Source: Spirochaetia bacterium
GTDB taxonomy: Bacteria > Spirochaetota > Spirochaetia > WTKD01 > G963693115
Assembly: GCA_965226065.1 (NCBI GenBank)
Contig: OZ245332.1
Coordinates: 873,651-937,650, forward strand
DNA: 64,000 nt
Direction of reading: 5' to 3'
Part shown: piece by piece, positions 1-10,603 of the stretch
How positions within the stretch are numbered: the stretch's first letter is position 1
Layout: every line of letters starts with the position of its first letter
Program-made: the position numbers and the translations under genes
The notes under the pieces: model-generated
Told to the model about the DNA's origin: nothing
The model's input: the letters and a program-made list of their open reading frames with translations, nothing else
The model's database searches: none

Positions 1-189
1 AGACTTGAGCGATCTGGTTCATCGTGGAATCCGCCGCTTCCTGGCTTGGTAAAGATCATTATGACAATCTTCCTTATACTGTTCGCACTACAGCTTATCA
101 TTCATGTGATAACTCGTAGCGTTACTCTATATCATATGATACGGGAAGAAGCATCGACTCATGTCTCGCGCGATGCCGTGAAAAAATGA
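1..189 (+). CDS. TRAP transporter small permease (DctQ-like), C-terminal fragment truncated by the window edge
   Basis: Frame-1 translation is hydrophobic ('...IIMTIFLILFALQLIIHVITRSVTLYHMIREEASTHVSRDAVKK*') and stops at 187-189, 10 nt before the DctM start. A DctQ-DctM order is typical of TRAP operons. Confidence 0.45.
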   Translation, partial: RLERSGSSWNPPLPGLVKIIMTIFLILFALQLIIHVITRSVTLYHMIREEASTHVSRDAVKK

Positions 190-199
190 GGAGTGTATC

Positions 200-1558
200 G
201 TGCTTGGGTTAAGCTCACTCGGTATTGGTCCACTTACTCTCATAGTGTTTGCCTCCATGCTGATACTGCTTGCAAGCCGCGTTCCACTCGCGTTTCTAAC
301 GGGTATTATCTCAATCCTGCTCGTACTAGGCTGGTTTTCTCCCCATACGCTGCCCATTATTGCAAACAGAGTATATGGATTTATGACCACCTATTCACTC
401 TTAGCAGTGCCTATGTTTGTTTTTATGGCATCATTACTCGATGGTACGGGTATAGCAAAAGATTTATACAACGCGATGTGGTTATTCACTCGAAACTTAC
501 GTGGTGGCATAGCTATACAGACGGTGATCATCGGTGTGTTTTTAGCTACTATGTCGGGTATTATCGGTGGTGAGACGGTGCTTTTGGGTATACTTGCCTT
601 ACCACAAATGCTCCGATTAGGATATAACAAAAACATTGCAATAGGTACATGTGTTGCCAGTGGAGCATTGGGAACTATGGTGCCTCCTAGTATTGTACTG
701 ATTATCTTTGGACTTACCGCATCCGTTTCTATAGGAGAATTATTTACCGCTGCTTTTATTCCCGCGTTCATCCTCGCGAGTTTGTACATGGCATACATTA
801 TTCTCTACGGAATGATACGTCCTTCTGCATTTCCTCCTGTATCCAAAACGGATCGTACAGACAACTCTCTTACAAAAGAACAGCAAAAGAAAAATAAAAA
901 AAAGGCACGGCGAGATATCCTCTTTCCTGCACTCATCGCATGCTCTCTGTTAGGAAGTATCTATCTTGGCATCGCTTCAGTTACCGAAGCGGCGAGCGTT
1001 GGCGTCATCGCCGTAATGCTTGTAGCCCTGCACCGAAAAGAACTGCGTATACAAGTAATAAAGCGTGCATTAACTACTACCATGCAGACCTGCGGCATGC
1101 TCATGTGGATTGGTATTGGTGCGTACATCCTCGTAGGAGCATACAATCTCGTGGGAGGAAGTGAGTTTGTAAAGTCGCTTATTTTAGGCTTGGGCTGGCC
1201 TCCCATATTCATTATCGCATTCATGATGCTTATTTTGGTATTGCTTGGAATGTTTATGGATTGGGTGGGCATTGCAATGCTTACCGTGCCTATTTTTGTT
1301 CCTATAGTAACGGATATTGGCTACGACCCCCTATGGTTTGGAATATTGTTTTGCGTCAATATGCAAATATCGTTTCTCTCCCCGCCTTTTGGTCCAGGGG
1401 TATTTTACCTTCATAGCGTTGCTCCTGATGGAATAAGCTTGATTGATATTTTCAAATCCGTCTTGCCATTTATTGTGATACAAGCAATTGTGTTGCTCTT
1501 GTTATTGCTGTTTCCCAACATTGTGTTGTTCTTACCTTCATTCATAAAAGGAATATAG
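200..1558 (+). CDS. dctM: TRAP transporter large permease subunit (DctM family)
   Basis: 452-aa polytopic membrane protein, GTG start preceded by GAGGAG. Length and sequence fit the DctM family (about 430 aa, 12 TM). Confidence 0.85.
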   Translation: MLGLSSLGIGPLTLIVFASMLILLASRVPLAFLTGIISILLVLGWFSPHTLPIIANRVYGFMTTYSLLAVPMFVFMASLLDGTGIAKDLYNAMWLFTRNLRGGIAIQTVIIGVFLATMSGIIGGETVLLGILALPQMLRLGYNKNIAIGTCVASGALGTMVPPSIVLIIFGLTASVSIGELFTAAFIPAFILASLYMAYIILYGMIRPSAFPPVSKTDRTDNSLTKEQQKKNKKKARRDILFPALIACSLLGSIYLGIASVTEAASVGVIAVMLVALHRKELRIQVIKRALTTTMQTCGMLMWIGIGAYILVGAYNLVGGSEFVKSLILGLGWPPIFIIAFMMLILVLLGMFMDWVGIAMLTVPIFVPIVTDIGYDPLWFGILFCVNMQISFLSPPFGPGVFYLHSVAPDGISLIDIFKSVLPFIVIQAIVLLLLLLFPNIVLFLPSFIKGI

Positions 1559-1561
1559 TGT

Positions 1562-2728
1562 ATGAAGATTACCGATATTACCTCGTATCTCGTCCCACCA
1601 CGGTGGGCATTTGTAAAAATACACACCGATGATGCTGCACTGTACGGCTGGGGAGAACCAATACTAGAAGGCAAAGCAGCTACGGTTATCGCAGCGGTAG
1701 AAGAATTGAAAGATATACTTATAGGCGAGCATCCTCTTGAAACAGAGTATTTATGGCAGAAGATGTACCGAGGCAGTTTCTATCGCGGTGGACCCGTGCT
1801 GATGAGTGCTATCTCGGGCATAGATCAAGCACTGTGGGATATAAAAGGCAAATACTATGGCGCGCCCGTGTACTCGCTCTTAGGAGGACCATGCCGAAAG
1901 AAAATACGCGTGTATTCTTGGATAGGAGGCGATGTTCCACATAGCCCTGAAGAGACCGCCAAGCAAGCAAAAACCGCACAACAGAATGGCTTTACGGCGA
2001 TAAAGATGAACGCCTCAGCGCAATTGGAGTACATAGATATGCATCATAAAGTGGATGCCATCATCACACGTGTTGATGCCGTACGCGCTGCAGTAGGAGA
2101 TAGCTTTGATATTGCCGTTGATTTTCACGGCAGGGTACATAAGGCAATGGCAGCAATTCTCTTACGAGAACTCATACCATATAATCTTTTGTTTGTCGAA
2201 GAACCCATACTGCCTGAACATGTGCATGCACTGCCTACCATTACGCGTGGAAGTACCATCCCCATTGCCATGGGGGAGCGTTTGTTCTCTCGCTATGACT
2301 TTCGTTCAATACTGGAAGATGGCTTTGTACATGTAGTGCAACCCGACATCTCCCACGCGGGAGGTATCAGTGAATGCGTGAGAATTGCCAGCATGGCAGA
2401 AACATATGATGTACACCTCGCCTTGCACTGTCCCTTGGGACCAATAGCCCTCACCTCGGCTCTTCATGTAGATGCAGTGGCCTACAACACACTCATTCAA
2501 GAACAAAGCATGGGAATACACTATAACAAAGAAAGCGGAGCGGAAGTGCGAGACTACCTGAATAACAAGGATGTGCTTAGCATAAAAGATGGGTATATCC
2601 GCATACCCACAGGAGCGGGTCTTGGTTTGGATATAGATGAGGATGTGGTAAAGCGCGCCTCACAACACGCACATGCATGGCATAATCCCATATGGAACGC
2701 TGCGGATGGTGCGATAGCCGAATGGTGA
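1562..2728 (+). CDS. dgoD: D-galactonate dehydratase-like enzyme (enolase / mandelate racemase superfamily)
   Basis: The N-terminus 'MKITDITSYLVPPRWAFVKIHTDDAALYGWGEP...GIDQALWDIKGK' closely parallels DgoD. Sits 3 nt after dctM. Confidence 0.8.
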   Translation: MKITDITSYLVPPRWAFVKIHTDDAALYGWGEPILEGKAATVIAAVEELKDILIGEHPLETEYLWQKMYRGSFYRGGPVLMSAISGIDQALWDIKGKYYGAPVYSLLGGPCRKKIRVYSWIGGDVPHSPEETAKQAKTAQQNGFTAIKMNASAQLEYIDMHHKVDAIITRVDAVRAAVGDSFDIAVDFHGRVHKAMAAILLRELIPYNLLFVEEPILPEHVHALPTITRGSTIPIAMGERLFSRYDFRSILEDGFVHVVQPDISHAGGISECVRIASMAETYDVHLALHCPLGPIALTSALHVDAVAYNTLIQEQSMGIHYNKESGAEVRDYLNNKDVLSIKDGYIRIPTGAGLGLDIDEDVVKRASQHAHAWHNPIWNAADGAIAEW

Positions 2729-2939
2729 TGAGCTATAAACACGAGAACGTGAATTTGGTAACTCATAAATTTAACCTTCCCTATCATCGCTCTTTCTTTA
2801 TCATTTTATTTCTCATTTTTACACCAGCTGATTATCTAATACTTTCCATACTTTATTTGCAAACGCATCCTTGCAAGATTATGCAGAAAAATGAAAGATG
2901 ATGAGTGAGTTACGCTTAAAGAACTGTCACAGGGTTTCC

Positions 2940-3476
2940 TCATGGTTCTATGTACTTCATACATTCTGTGAGTGCATGTTCTATTCGCTGCGTAACGTCA
3001 ATTTTATAATAGCGTGTAAGCATGTTTCTTTGTAGCGCATCCGTGGGAGGTGGTTCTAGTATTTCATACTGACTCTTCAGAAGTGAGAGTGGCATAAAGT
3101 GTGTCTGACGATTGCGCAACCGTTGATATATTACTTCATAGGAGGCATGACACCATAAGAAGCATAATTGTGGATGCATTGCTATGAGTACGTCGCGGTA
3201 TGATTGCTTTAATGCAGAGCAACTTACGATAATCTTTTCATGCTTCTTCGTTGCATCTTGTAAGGTAAGACAGATGTCTTTTAGCCATGCATGCCTATCT
3301 TCATCCGAGAGTGCTTTTCCATTCATCATTTTCTCAATATTACTCTTACTATGAAGTTCATCACCTTCTACAAAGGTATATCCCGTTTGTAGCGCAATTG
3401 CTCTGCCCAACGTAGATTTACCACATCCGCTTACTCCCATAACAATTATGTGTGATAGAGTGTTCTTCACAATCAT
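2940..3476 (-). CDS. gntK: Gluconokinase (GntK, shikimate-kinase fold)
   Basis: 'IIVMGVSGCGKSTLG...EGDELHSKSNIEKMMNGKALSDEDRHAWL...IVSCSALKQSYRD' matches the thermoresistant gluconokinase. The start is taken at the internal Met (3476), because the longer ORF N-terminus is a non-homologous hydrophobic tail. Confidence 0.8.
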   Translation of the reverse strand: MIVKNTLSHIIVMGVSGCGKSTLGRAIALQTGYTFVEGDELHSKSNIEKMMNGKALSDEDRHAWLKDICLTLQDATKKHEKIIVSCSALKQSYRDVLIAMHPQLCFLWCHASYEVIYQRLRNRQTHFMPLSLLKSQYEILEPPPTDALQRNMLTRYYKIDVTQRIEHALTECMKYIEP

Positions 3477-3719
3477 TATTGTAATAATAAAAACAGAGAT
3501 GGCATACCCCTTACGGAAGAAAATGATATTTGAGAGAACAAAAAAATAAAAACTGCTGCAGCGAAATTGAATTTGTAGAGGCACGATGAGATGCCTTTAC
3601 GCAAGCCGTACAAGCATGCAACAAAATATAAAACGCATGGCAAACACCACTTCTGCAGTACCCACCATGCATATAATATGACTGATATATAACGATCTAC
3701 AGTCATCGTTCTTACATCA

Positions 3720-5003
3720 TCAGTAACGCATGTCAATTACCTTGGTACTGTTGTGCCTATAATCGTAGGTTTTTGCTGCATTTATTGGCACGCGATATAG
3801 TGTGTACTTTTTATTTGTAGTGTCGTCTATCATGTAATAGACCCATTCTCCTATAATTCTTATTGCACCTATTGCTCTACTTCTTCCTGCTATAAGCTTT
3901 TGTTCTAGTGTAGCATCGTATCTAATAGCTCCATCTCCGGGGTAGCTGCCTACAAGTCTTGTAGCTTTCTTTGTAACTCTATTAAAAATATACAAATGCC
4001 GCCGACCAAAGTTAACTCTAACGAAATAGGCAATAGCATGCTCAGAAACATCACGAAAGTCAACGCTATCATCTGTAACATACACAACACCTGTTGCAAT
4101 ATTTTTCATGAGTATATCCAGGTTGTTTCTACCTATAAATCGACTGTCTCTTTTCTGTGAAAGAACATCATAGGATACCCGAGCAACTTTATAATAACTC
4201 TGATGCCTACCACCGGAATTCGTAGGAGGGATGGCATGAAGTTGAAAATAAATACCATCGGGCGCAAAGAAAAAGTTTTCCCCTTGACCAGTAAGAATCT
4301 CTGTCTCTTTTCCAGTATTGAAAGGGTCTTTCTTAAATAGTTCTACACTTCCCTTATGATAGTAGAGCACATCATTCTTTATGTACTTGGTATTATCGTG
4401 AAAATACAAGGTTTCTCCGCTTGCATACATCCGCATTGAACCACTTGAACCAGAAATTTTTAGCTCATCATCTCCTCCTGCAATGCCAACGATCCGCGTA
4501 TTGTTGCTTACTGCATCGTTGTAGTAGATAACATCGTCAAAAACATATATATGTTGTAATTTATATTTGTTATTTGTAGTACTTTGTTGTGTATTGTCCT
4601 GAATCTTTTTCGGATTTTTCCCATCTAAGCCTACTTTGTAAATATCGTTTTCAGAACTATAATAGATGGATTTATCTGCAGGATAGTAAAAATATCGAAA
4701 CGTAAAATGCCCATAGCCATATTCATCTGAGAAATCTACTATGACATCGTCTACAGCTTCTACAGAAGAGTCTCCTCCCGTGTTACGTACATTTTTAGTA
4801 TCTGTCATGACATTTTCTGAAGAGTCTCCTCCCGTGTTGCGCACATTTTTAGTATCTGTCATGACATCTCCTGAAGAGTCTCCTCCTGTGTTGCGCACAT
4901 TTTTCTCTACCTTATCAACGGCATTTTTTACTAGATCCGTACATTGTGTGTTCATAAACAAAATTAGTAATAATCCACTTATAAAAAGTATCTTCTTTAT
5001 CAT
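3720..5003 (-). CDS. Secreted protein or lipoprotein with an N-terminal 18-aa tandem repeat region and a beta-propeller-like C-terminal region; function unknown
   Basis: Signal peptide 'MIKKILFISGLLLILFMNTQC'; AAGGAGA RBS directly upstream. 'VRNTGGDSS..VMTDTKN' occurs three times. Y/D/G-rich recurring motifs ('IYYNDA', 'LYFHDN', 'VVYVTDDS') suggest a propeller. Confidence 0.6.
   Translation of the reverse strand: MIKKILFISGLLLILFMNTQCTDLVKNAVDKVEKNVRNTGGDSSGDVMTDTKNVRNTGGDSSENVMTDTKNVRNTGGDSSVEAVDDVIVDFSDEYGYGHFTFRYFYYPADKSIYYSSENDIYKVGLDGKNPKKIQDNTQQSTTNNKYKLQHIYVFDDVIYYNDAVSNNTRIVGIAGGDDELKISGSSGSMRMYASGETLYFHDNTKYIKNDVLYYHKGSVELFKKDPFNTGKETEILTGQGENFFFAPDGIYFQLHAIPPTNSGGRHQSYYKVARVSYDVLSQKRDSRFIGRNNLDILMKNIATGVVYVTDDSVDFRDVSEHAIAYFVRVNFGRRHLYIFNRVTKKATRLVGSYPGDGAIRYDATLEQKLIAGRSRAIGAIRIIGEWVYYMIDDTTNKKYTLYRVPINAAKTYDYRHNSTKVIDMRY
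4766..4912. repeat. 54-nt tandem repeat, about 2.7 copies, in frame inside CDS 3720..5003
   Basis: 'gaagagtctcctcccgtgttgcgcacatttttagtatctgtcatgacat..' repeats with only a few substitutions and a 54-nt period. Confidence 0.85.
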
Positions 5004-5313
5004 CTCTTTATTCTCCTTGTAAAAATAAACTTCATTTATATACTATGGAAAAACTGCAGCTCTCACAACAAAGATATAATCACATGTGTTATGCTATTCA
5101 TCCATTTATAATGTAGTAGATTATAATATACATACAAGGATTTTTATTTTCACACGCGAAGCTTCTTATTGACAACAGACATCTTTCATCTTACAAGGTT
5201 ATTACCTACATATCCTCTAGCAGAAGATATGTACAACGAAGCTCCTCTTTCATTGCTTATATCTATCTTTATTATTGCTATAATGTAACAAAAACAGCAT
5301 TAAAAAATTTATC

Positions 5314-6048
5314 ATGAAAAAATACATTATCAGCATAGCGTTTTCTATAACGCTTGCATTCTTGGGAATATCTACTGCCTTTGCAGAAAAAATTATCGTT
5401 GGTACAGAAGGAACCTATGCACCTTACACGTATCACGACAAAAAAAATAAGCTTGTCGGCTTTGACGTAGAAGTAGTACAAGCTGTTGCCGCAGAAATTG
5501 GCGCGCAGATTGAATTTGTAGAGGCGCGATGGGATGCCTTGCTCGCGGGTCTTAAAACCGGCAGATGGGATCTGGTTGCCAATCAAGTATGGTGGAATAA
5601 GAAGCGAGATACTGATTTTACATTAAGCGCACTCTACATGAAAGCAGGAGCTGCCATACTAGTGCATACAAAAAGTAAAGCGCAACGCGCAGAAGATCTT
5701 GTAGGATTAAAAGCTGCGGTAAGCCTTACCAGCGCATATCGTCCTCTAGTTGAAAAGCTTACAAAGAAAATCGTAACACAAGATGACTTCATCGTCTCTA
5801 CAAGTTTGCTCCTATCTAAACGTGTAGACTTTGTGGTAAATGACACTGATACCATTGCGCAATATCTGCACAAAAACCCTACCCTTAAAGTGCGCGCAAT
5901 TGCGTGGAAAGAAGCAGGAACTCACGACGTAGTTTTTGCGCTGAAAAAAGGAAATACTGCCTTAGTAAAACGCATTAATAAGGCTTTAACAAAACTTGAA
6001 AAAAACGGCACGATAATGAAAATTTTCAAAAAATACATTTCGAGATAG
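5314..6048 (+). CDS. Amino-acid ABC transporter substrate-binding protein (polar amino acid / cystine family)
   Basis: 244 aa with a signal peptide and the family-3 SBP pattern ('IIVGTEGTYAPYTY...GFDVEV'). Confidence 0.8.
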   Translation: MKKYIISIAFSITLAFLGISTAFAEKIIVGTEGTYAPYTYHDKKNKLVGFDVEVVQAVAAEIGAQIEFVEARWDALLAGLKTGRWDLVANQVWWNKKRDTDFTLSALYMKAGAAILVHTKSKAQRAEDLVGLKAAVSLTSAYRPLVEKLTKKIVTQDDFIVSTSLLLSKRVDFVVNDTDTIAQYLHKNPTLKVRAIAWKEAGTHDVVFALKKGNTALVKRINKALTKLEKNGTIMKIFKKYISR

Positions 6049-6057
6049 TGTAACATT

Positions 6058-6711
6058 GTGAACGAAATAGGAGAAATAATTTACAATTCATTTTTCATAC
6101 TGCTCAAAGCATTGGTGTTGTATACCATTCCGCTTTCTGTCATTTCGTTTTTATTGGGGCTAAGCATTGCCTTTTTCATATCCATTGCACGATTACTCTG
6201 CCCACCGTGGTCTAAGGTGTTTTTACAGATATACATCATCATCATTCGGGGGACACCGCTTATCGTGCAGTTGTTTGTAATATTTTATGCGCTGCCATGG
6301 ATAGGTATAGTCATAGATCCAATTCCATCTGCGATCTTAGGCCTCTCGATCCATGTAGGTGCATACGCCTCTGAAACTATGCGAGGTTCATTAGAAGCCG
6401 TGCCAAAGTACTTGCTCGAATCGGGCATGGCTGTGGGTTTTACGCGATGGCAGAATTTTTGGTATGTGTTGATGCCTCACGCAGCGTATAGTATGATTCC
6501 ACCACTTTTCAACTCATTTATAGACTTAGTCAAAGCAACCTCGCTTGTATCGCTTATTCTCGTTCCAGAAATAATGCGCAAGGCGCAAGAAATTGCCGCA
6601 GTTACTAACAACTTTATTGTGATCTATGTAGAAGCTGCGTGTATATACTTATTGTTTTGTCTCATCCTCGAAAAAATACAAAGAATTTTAGAAAACAAAG
6701 TGCGCGTGTAA
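6058..6711 (+). CDS. Amino-acid ABC transporter permease
   Basis: 217-aa membrane protein with an EAA-like loop, immediately after the SBP gene. No ATPase gene is adjacent. Confidence 0.8.
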   Translation: MNEIGEIIYNSFFILLKALVLYTIPLSVISFLLGLSIAFFISIARLLCPPWSKVFLQIYIIIIRGTPLIVQLFVIFYALPWIGIVIDPIPSAILGLSIHVGAYASETMRGSLEAVPKYLLESGMAVGFTRWQNFWYVLMPHAAYSMIPPLFNSFIDLVKATSLVSLILVPEIMRKAQEIAAVTNNFIVIYVEAACIYLLFCLILEKIQRILENKVRV

Positions 6712-6726
6712 ATTACAAGATCTCGT

Positions 6727-7899
6727 TTATACTTGTTTCATACTGTATGCGGTTTTTTTCTCTTCTATGCGTACATAACACAAAACAACGAGAGTCAGTA
6801 TCAATATCATTATCATTGCTATACTCGCAACATTCATACCGAAGTATCCACTTATCCCTGAAATAAGCAGCGTACCTAAAAACCTACTGAATCCGGAAAC
6901 GCGTGTAAGCTTACCAAAAACTGAGCCTTTATGTTCATCATAACTTAGTCGCCCTATTACTTCTTGCATTACCACGTCTATTCCATCGCTTACCCCAAGC
7001 GCAATAGCACACAGCACAATGTAAGAAATATAGCCTAAAAGTGGATAAAGCAACAACGCGATAAGGGATATAAATGCGAATAGTGCGATACAAAAAGCAC
7101 TGATAGTAAAGCTGCTTTTTTTGCTTTTAAGTGTAATATACGGAATACCATAAGTACTAAGAAGTCCCCAAATACCCATGACTCCGATGGTAATACTTGA
7201 AAGCATTTTTACATTGTGCTCAGGTGTGTATTTCAAAACAACTAAAAGTGCCATGCTTATAGAACTTACACGCATAAGATTTACCATTCCTGATACAGCT
7301 ATTGCGCCAAAAAGCACCTGTCGATATTGTGGTAGTACACAATCGACTATCTTACTTTTGTATTTTGAGTATCCCTTTACCAATACGCTTGTTCTGCGAT
7401 CTTTTTTAAGAGGTTCTTTTATAAAAAGATACGCGATAATCCCTGAAAACAAAATAATTACAGAACCCATGCGAAGTGATGTGCTAAGCCCTATAGCCAA
7501 AACAATCGCTCCACTTACCGATGGTATAAGCGTTGAAGCGAGAAGATTAGATAATGCAAGCGTGCGTAACGCTTTATTTTGATACTTACGCGGAGTACTC
7601 GCAGATACTAATGCAATAGAACTAGTAATAATGCCCGTAAGTAATCCTTGTAATACACGCAGCGTTACAAACAAAAATACGGAATTTACTACACTGAAAA
7701 GAAAAAATAATGCTGTCGATAATAAAAAGGCACGCATTATCATCAGCTTGTGTCCAAAAACATCTGCCATGCGTCCCCAAAATGGTGCAGCAACTCCTAT
7801 GAAAAAACCCGGTATTGCAATTGCCACTCCCGTAATAAGATCAATGCGTGATACATCTACACCCATGTTTTCTATGAGTACGGAAATAAAAGGCACCAA
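6727..7899 (-). CDS. MFS transporter
   Basis: 390 aa, about 12 TM, MFS-like 'G..R..D..GHK' motif region. Confidence 0.7.
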   Translation of the reverse strand: MVPFISVLIENMGVDVSRIDLITGVAIAIPGFFIGVAAPFWGRMADVFGHKLMIMRAFLLSTALFFLFSVVNSVFLFVTLRVLQGLLTGIITSSIALVSASTPRKYQNKALRTLALSNLLASTLIPSVSGAIVLAIGLSTSLRMGSVIILFSGIIAYLFIKEPLKKDRRTSVLVKGYSKYKSKIVDCVLPQYRQVLFGAIAVSGMVNLMRVSSISMALLVVLKYTPEHNVKMLSSITIGVMGIWGLLSTYGIPYITLKSKKSSFTISAFCIALFAFISLIALLLYPLLGYISYIVLCAIALGVSDGIDVVMQEVIGRLSYDEHKGSVFGKLTRVSGFSRFLGTLLISGISGYFGMNVASIAMIMILILTLVVLCYVRIEEKKTAYSMKQV

Positions 7900-8170
7900 A
7901 AATTGAAACGCAGCACTTACAAGAAAACGAGCGCACCAGCATGCGTACAGATTACGCTTCCAAATTGCGTGTTGATATACTTCGTCTACTGTTGTACTCG
8001 TGATAGAACCTCCATAACGTAAGATACTTCTTTATAGTTCATGTAAACTATTAGTATATATGTTAGCGGTGTTTTTAAAAGGAGCAGATAGCATTTCTAG
8101 TTCAGGTAAAATATAGTATACGTCAGCCGTAAAAATAAAAATTTACTAATCGTTAGGGTAAGGAGAAAAA

Positions 8171-8878
8171 ATGAGTATACATATAGAAGCAAAAAAAGAA
8201 GAAATTTCTGATATTGTTTTACTACCGGGTGATCCATTGCGGGCACAGCACATAGCCGAAAATTTTTTGGAAGGTGCACAATGTTACAATAAAGTACGTG
8301 GCATGCTCGGGTTTACCGGTACCTATAAGGGTAAGCGCATATCTGTTCAAGGAACGGGCATGGGACAACCTTCAGCATCCATCTACATAAACGAACTGAT
8401 TTCATTTTATGGCGTAAAAATTCTTATACGCATAGGATCATGTGGCTCTATACAAAAACAAGTACACATTCGTGACATAATAGTTGCTGTTGCTGCCTCA
8501 CACGACTCTCACATGAATACCTCTCGTTTTCCAACGTATACCTACGCCCCAACAGCAAACAGCGAACTACTCTTCAAAGCAAAGGCGTGGACAGATTCTG
8601 AAGAAATTTCAGCACACTATGGAAATGTGTTCTCCACCGATACCTTTTATCATGATAACGCCGAAATTTGGAAAACATGGGCATCGTACGGAATACTTGC
8701 AGTTGAGATGGAAACGGCACAGCTATACACGCTTGCTGCAAAACACAAGGCAAAGGCACTGAGTATATTTACCGTCAGTGATCACCTCATATCACAAGAA
8801 GAAACAAGCTCTGAAGAACGTGAAAAAACATTTCATGACATGATACGTATGGCACTAAGTATAGCAAGTACATACTAA
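8171..8878 (+). CDS. deoD: Purine nucleoside phosphorylase, DeoD type
   Basis: '[34 protein letters not shown]...[16 protein letters not shown]' is the canonical DeoD N-terminus. Confidence 0.85.
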   Translation: MSIHIEAKKEEISDIVLLPGDPLRAQHIAENFLEGAQCYNKVRGMLGFTGTYKGKRISVQGTGMGQPSASIYINELISFYGVKILIRIGSCGSIQKQVHIRDIIVAVAASHDSHMNTSRFPTYTYAPTANSELLFKAKAWTDSEEISAHYGNVFSTDTFYHDNAEIWKTWASYGILAVEMETAQLYTLAAKHKAKALSIFTVSDHLISQEETSSEEREKTFHDMIRMALSIASTY

Positions 8879-8950
8879 GTAAACACTACGATATAACAAA
8901 TACGCATACGCGTGAAAAGCTTGCATCTTATGCAATACCGTAGGCAATAA

Positions 8951-9802
8951 CTACCGAATGTCTTTATATAATGTTTTCAATCGCCAGCTGTTTGGATACA
9001 ATTCGCTTGCTTTTTCAAATGATTGCCTTGCCGATTTTTTATCGCGCTTTTTCAGAAACGCAAAAATCTGTGAAACATAAAATTCAAAAACTTGCGGTTT
9101 TTTCCATTGAGAATTTATTTCAATATTTATGGCAAAAAACCCACGCTGCGATTTCGCTCCAATAAATCTAATGGCAAGGGAGTCAAAATTATTAAGTACT
9201 ACACGCGCCATAGGATTTTGAGAATCCAAAGAAAGTGCTTCTACTGCGTAGTTAATAGCAATGGTTCTCACATTCATAAATTTGTTAAGCCCTTGTATTC
9301 CCGTGTTTGCAGTTAGCATCATACTCACCGCCATCACACGTCTTACATCTGAAGATTTTTTATACTGCAACAAAAGAGATTCACCGACAATGCGTACTTG
9401 CTCAACTAAATTGAAGATAGCGTCATTTCTCTTTAATTTGGAAATATCAGATTCATGAAATAAATACGCATATGCCTCTAGATAGTAAAGATGCATGGTG
9501 CGCATATCTTTCTGGATCTCTGTTTCCTTACCACTGCGTACTTTTTTGTGTATCTGTTCTAAATATATATGTGTCTGTGATAAGTCGTTATTGGTAATAA
9601 GCACATACTCCATTGCATCTATGCTAGGAGATGTCTGCAATATGGTATCAAGCACTGCTTCATACGCAGAAGCTTTTTGAGCGAAAATAAAGATTATACA
9701 TAATACTGCAATATACGCACACTTATAAATACAAAATCGCGATAATGAAAACAGAACATTCATGGTAAAAAGTCCACGTAGTTTTAATAATAATAAATAC
9801 AT
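8951..9802 (-). CDS. Hypothetical secreted alpha-helical (TPR-like) protein
   Basis: Predicted signal peptide if started at the internal Met (9763: 'MNVLFSLSRFCIYKCAYIAVLCIIFIFAQKASA'). No recognisable catalytic motif. The longer start overlaps the djlA stop by 1 nt. Confidence 0.5.
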   Translation of the reverse strand: MYLLLLKLRGLFTMNVLFSLSRFCIYKCAYIAVLCIIFIFAQKASAYEAVLDTILQTSPSIDAMEYVLITNNDLSQTHIYLEQIHKKVRSGKETEIQKDMRTMHLYYLEAYAYLFHESDISKLKRNDAIFNLVEQVRIVGESLLLQYKKSSDVRRVMAVSMMLTANTGIQGLNKFMNVRTIAINYAVEALSLDSQNPMARVVLNNFDSLAIRFIGAKSQRGFFAINIEINSQWKKPQVFEFYVSQIFAFLKKRDKKSARQSFEKASELYPNSWRLKTLYKDIR

Positions 9803-10596
9803 TAATTTGCAATATTCCGCTGTTTTTTAATAGATTCCCATGCTTCTTGTATGCGTAAAAAACGCTTTTGAGCATCTTGCATAAGCTCTTCAGGAAGCCC
9901 CTTACTACGCAGTACATCGGGATGGTATTCTTTCAAGCGTTTTCTATACACAACACGAATATCAGAAGTCTGAGAGTCTTTTGAAACACCTAGTACATCA
10001 TATGCTGCGTCACTAGAAGTATCTACATTACTAGAACGAAAAATTCGCTGCATCTCCTCTTCGCTGATGTTAAAAATTTCAGAAACATGCCAAATAATTT
10101 TTTCTTCTTCGGATGAAACATGTCCATCTACACTTGCCATTCCAATAAGCTGATACAGCATTTGACGCATCAGCTGCGGCTGATGTGCACACAACTGTGC
10201 AAATTGTTGTGCCATTTCTGTTATAGACGTTGTGGTATTTTTCGCTTCGTTAAAATACGTAATAGCTCGCGTACGTGCCTCGCCCTGTAAGTTCATACGA
10301 TTAAGCGTTTCCATCAAAAAATCACCTTCTGCTTTTGTGATAGTTCCATCTGCTTTTGCTATTTTACCCAACATAGAAAACAACAAGCGAAAGTACATTT
10401 CCTGAACACGTTGGTATATGGTGTTCGATGCACCCATTCCAAAACCACCAAAAGAAAACCTACTTCGTGAATGTGTGCCTCCGCGCCTCGCATGGGCTGC
10501 ATCTATAAAAAAATGTCCTGCAATAGCCCCAACAATAATTCCAAATATACTACCTAAGAAAATATATCCTAAAAATCCGCCTATGAATTTACCCAT
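9802..10596 (-). CDS. djlA: DjlA-type co-chaperone (N-terminal TM, TerB-like middle, C-terminal J domain)
   Basis: C-terminal J domain with the HPD motif ('YDVLGVSKDSQTSDIRVVYRKRLKEYHPDVL'). N-terminal membrane anchor. Confidence 0.7.
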   Translation of the reverse strand: MGKFIGGFLGYIFLGSIFGIIVGAIAGHFFIDAAHARRGGTHSRSRFSFGGFGMGASNTIYQRVQEMYFRLLFSMLGKIAKADGTITKAEGDFLMETLNRMNLQGEARTRAITYFNEAKNTTTSITEMAQQFAQLCAHQPQLMRQMLYQLIGMASVDGHVSSEEEKIIWHVSEIFNISEEEMQRIFRSSNVDTSSDAAYDVLGVSKDSQTSDIRVVYRKRLKEYHPDVLRSKGLPEELMQDAQKRFLRIQEAWESIKKQRNIAN

Positions 10597-10603
10597 ATCT
10601 TAA

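Noticed and set aside
3477-3584. Longer N-terminus for gluconokinase, and the 86-aa ORF 3476..3736
   Set aside because: The extension is a phenylalanine-rich hydrophobic segment unrelated to GntK. The P-loop lies 10 residues after the internal Met, as in characterised gluconokinases.
4741-5022. 93-aa plus-strand ORF with its own 'EESPPVLRTFLVSVMT' repeats
   Set aside because: It is the antisense reading of the 54-nt coding repeats of the minus-strand gene 3720..5003. The mirror periodicity is expected.
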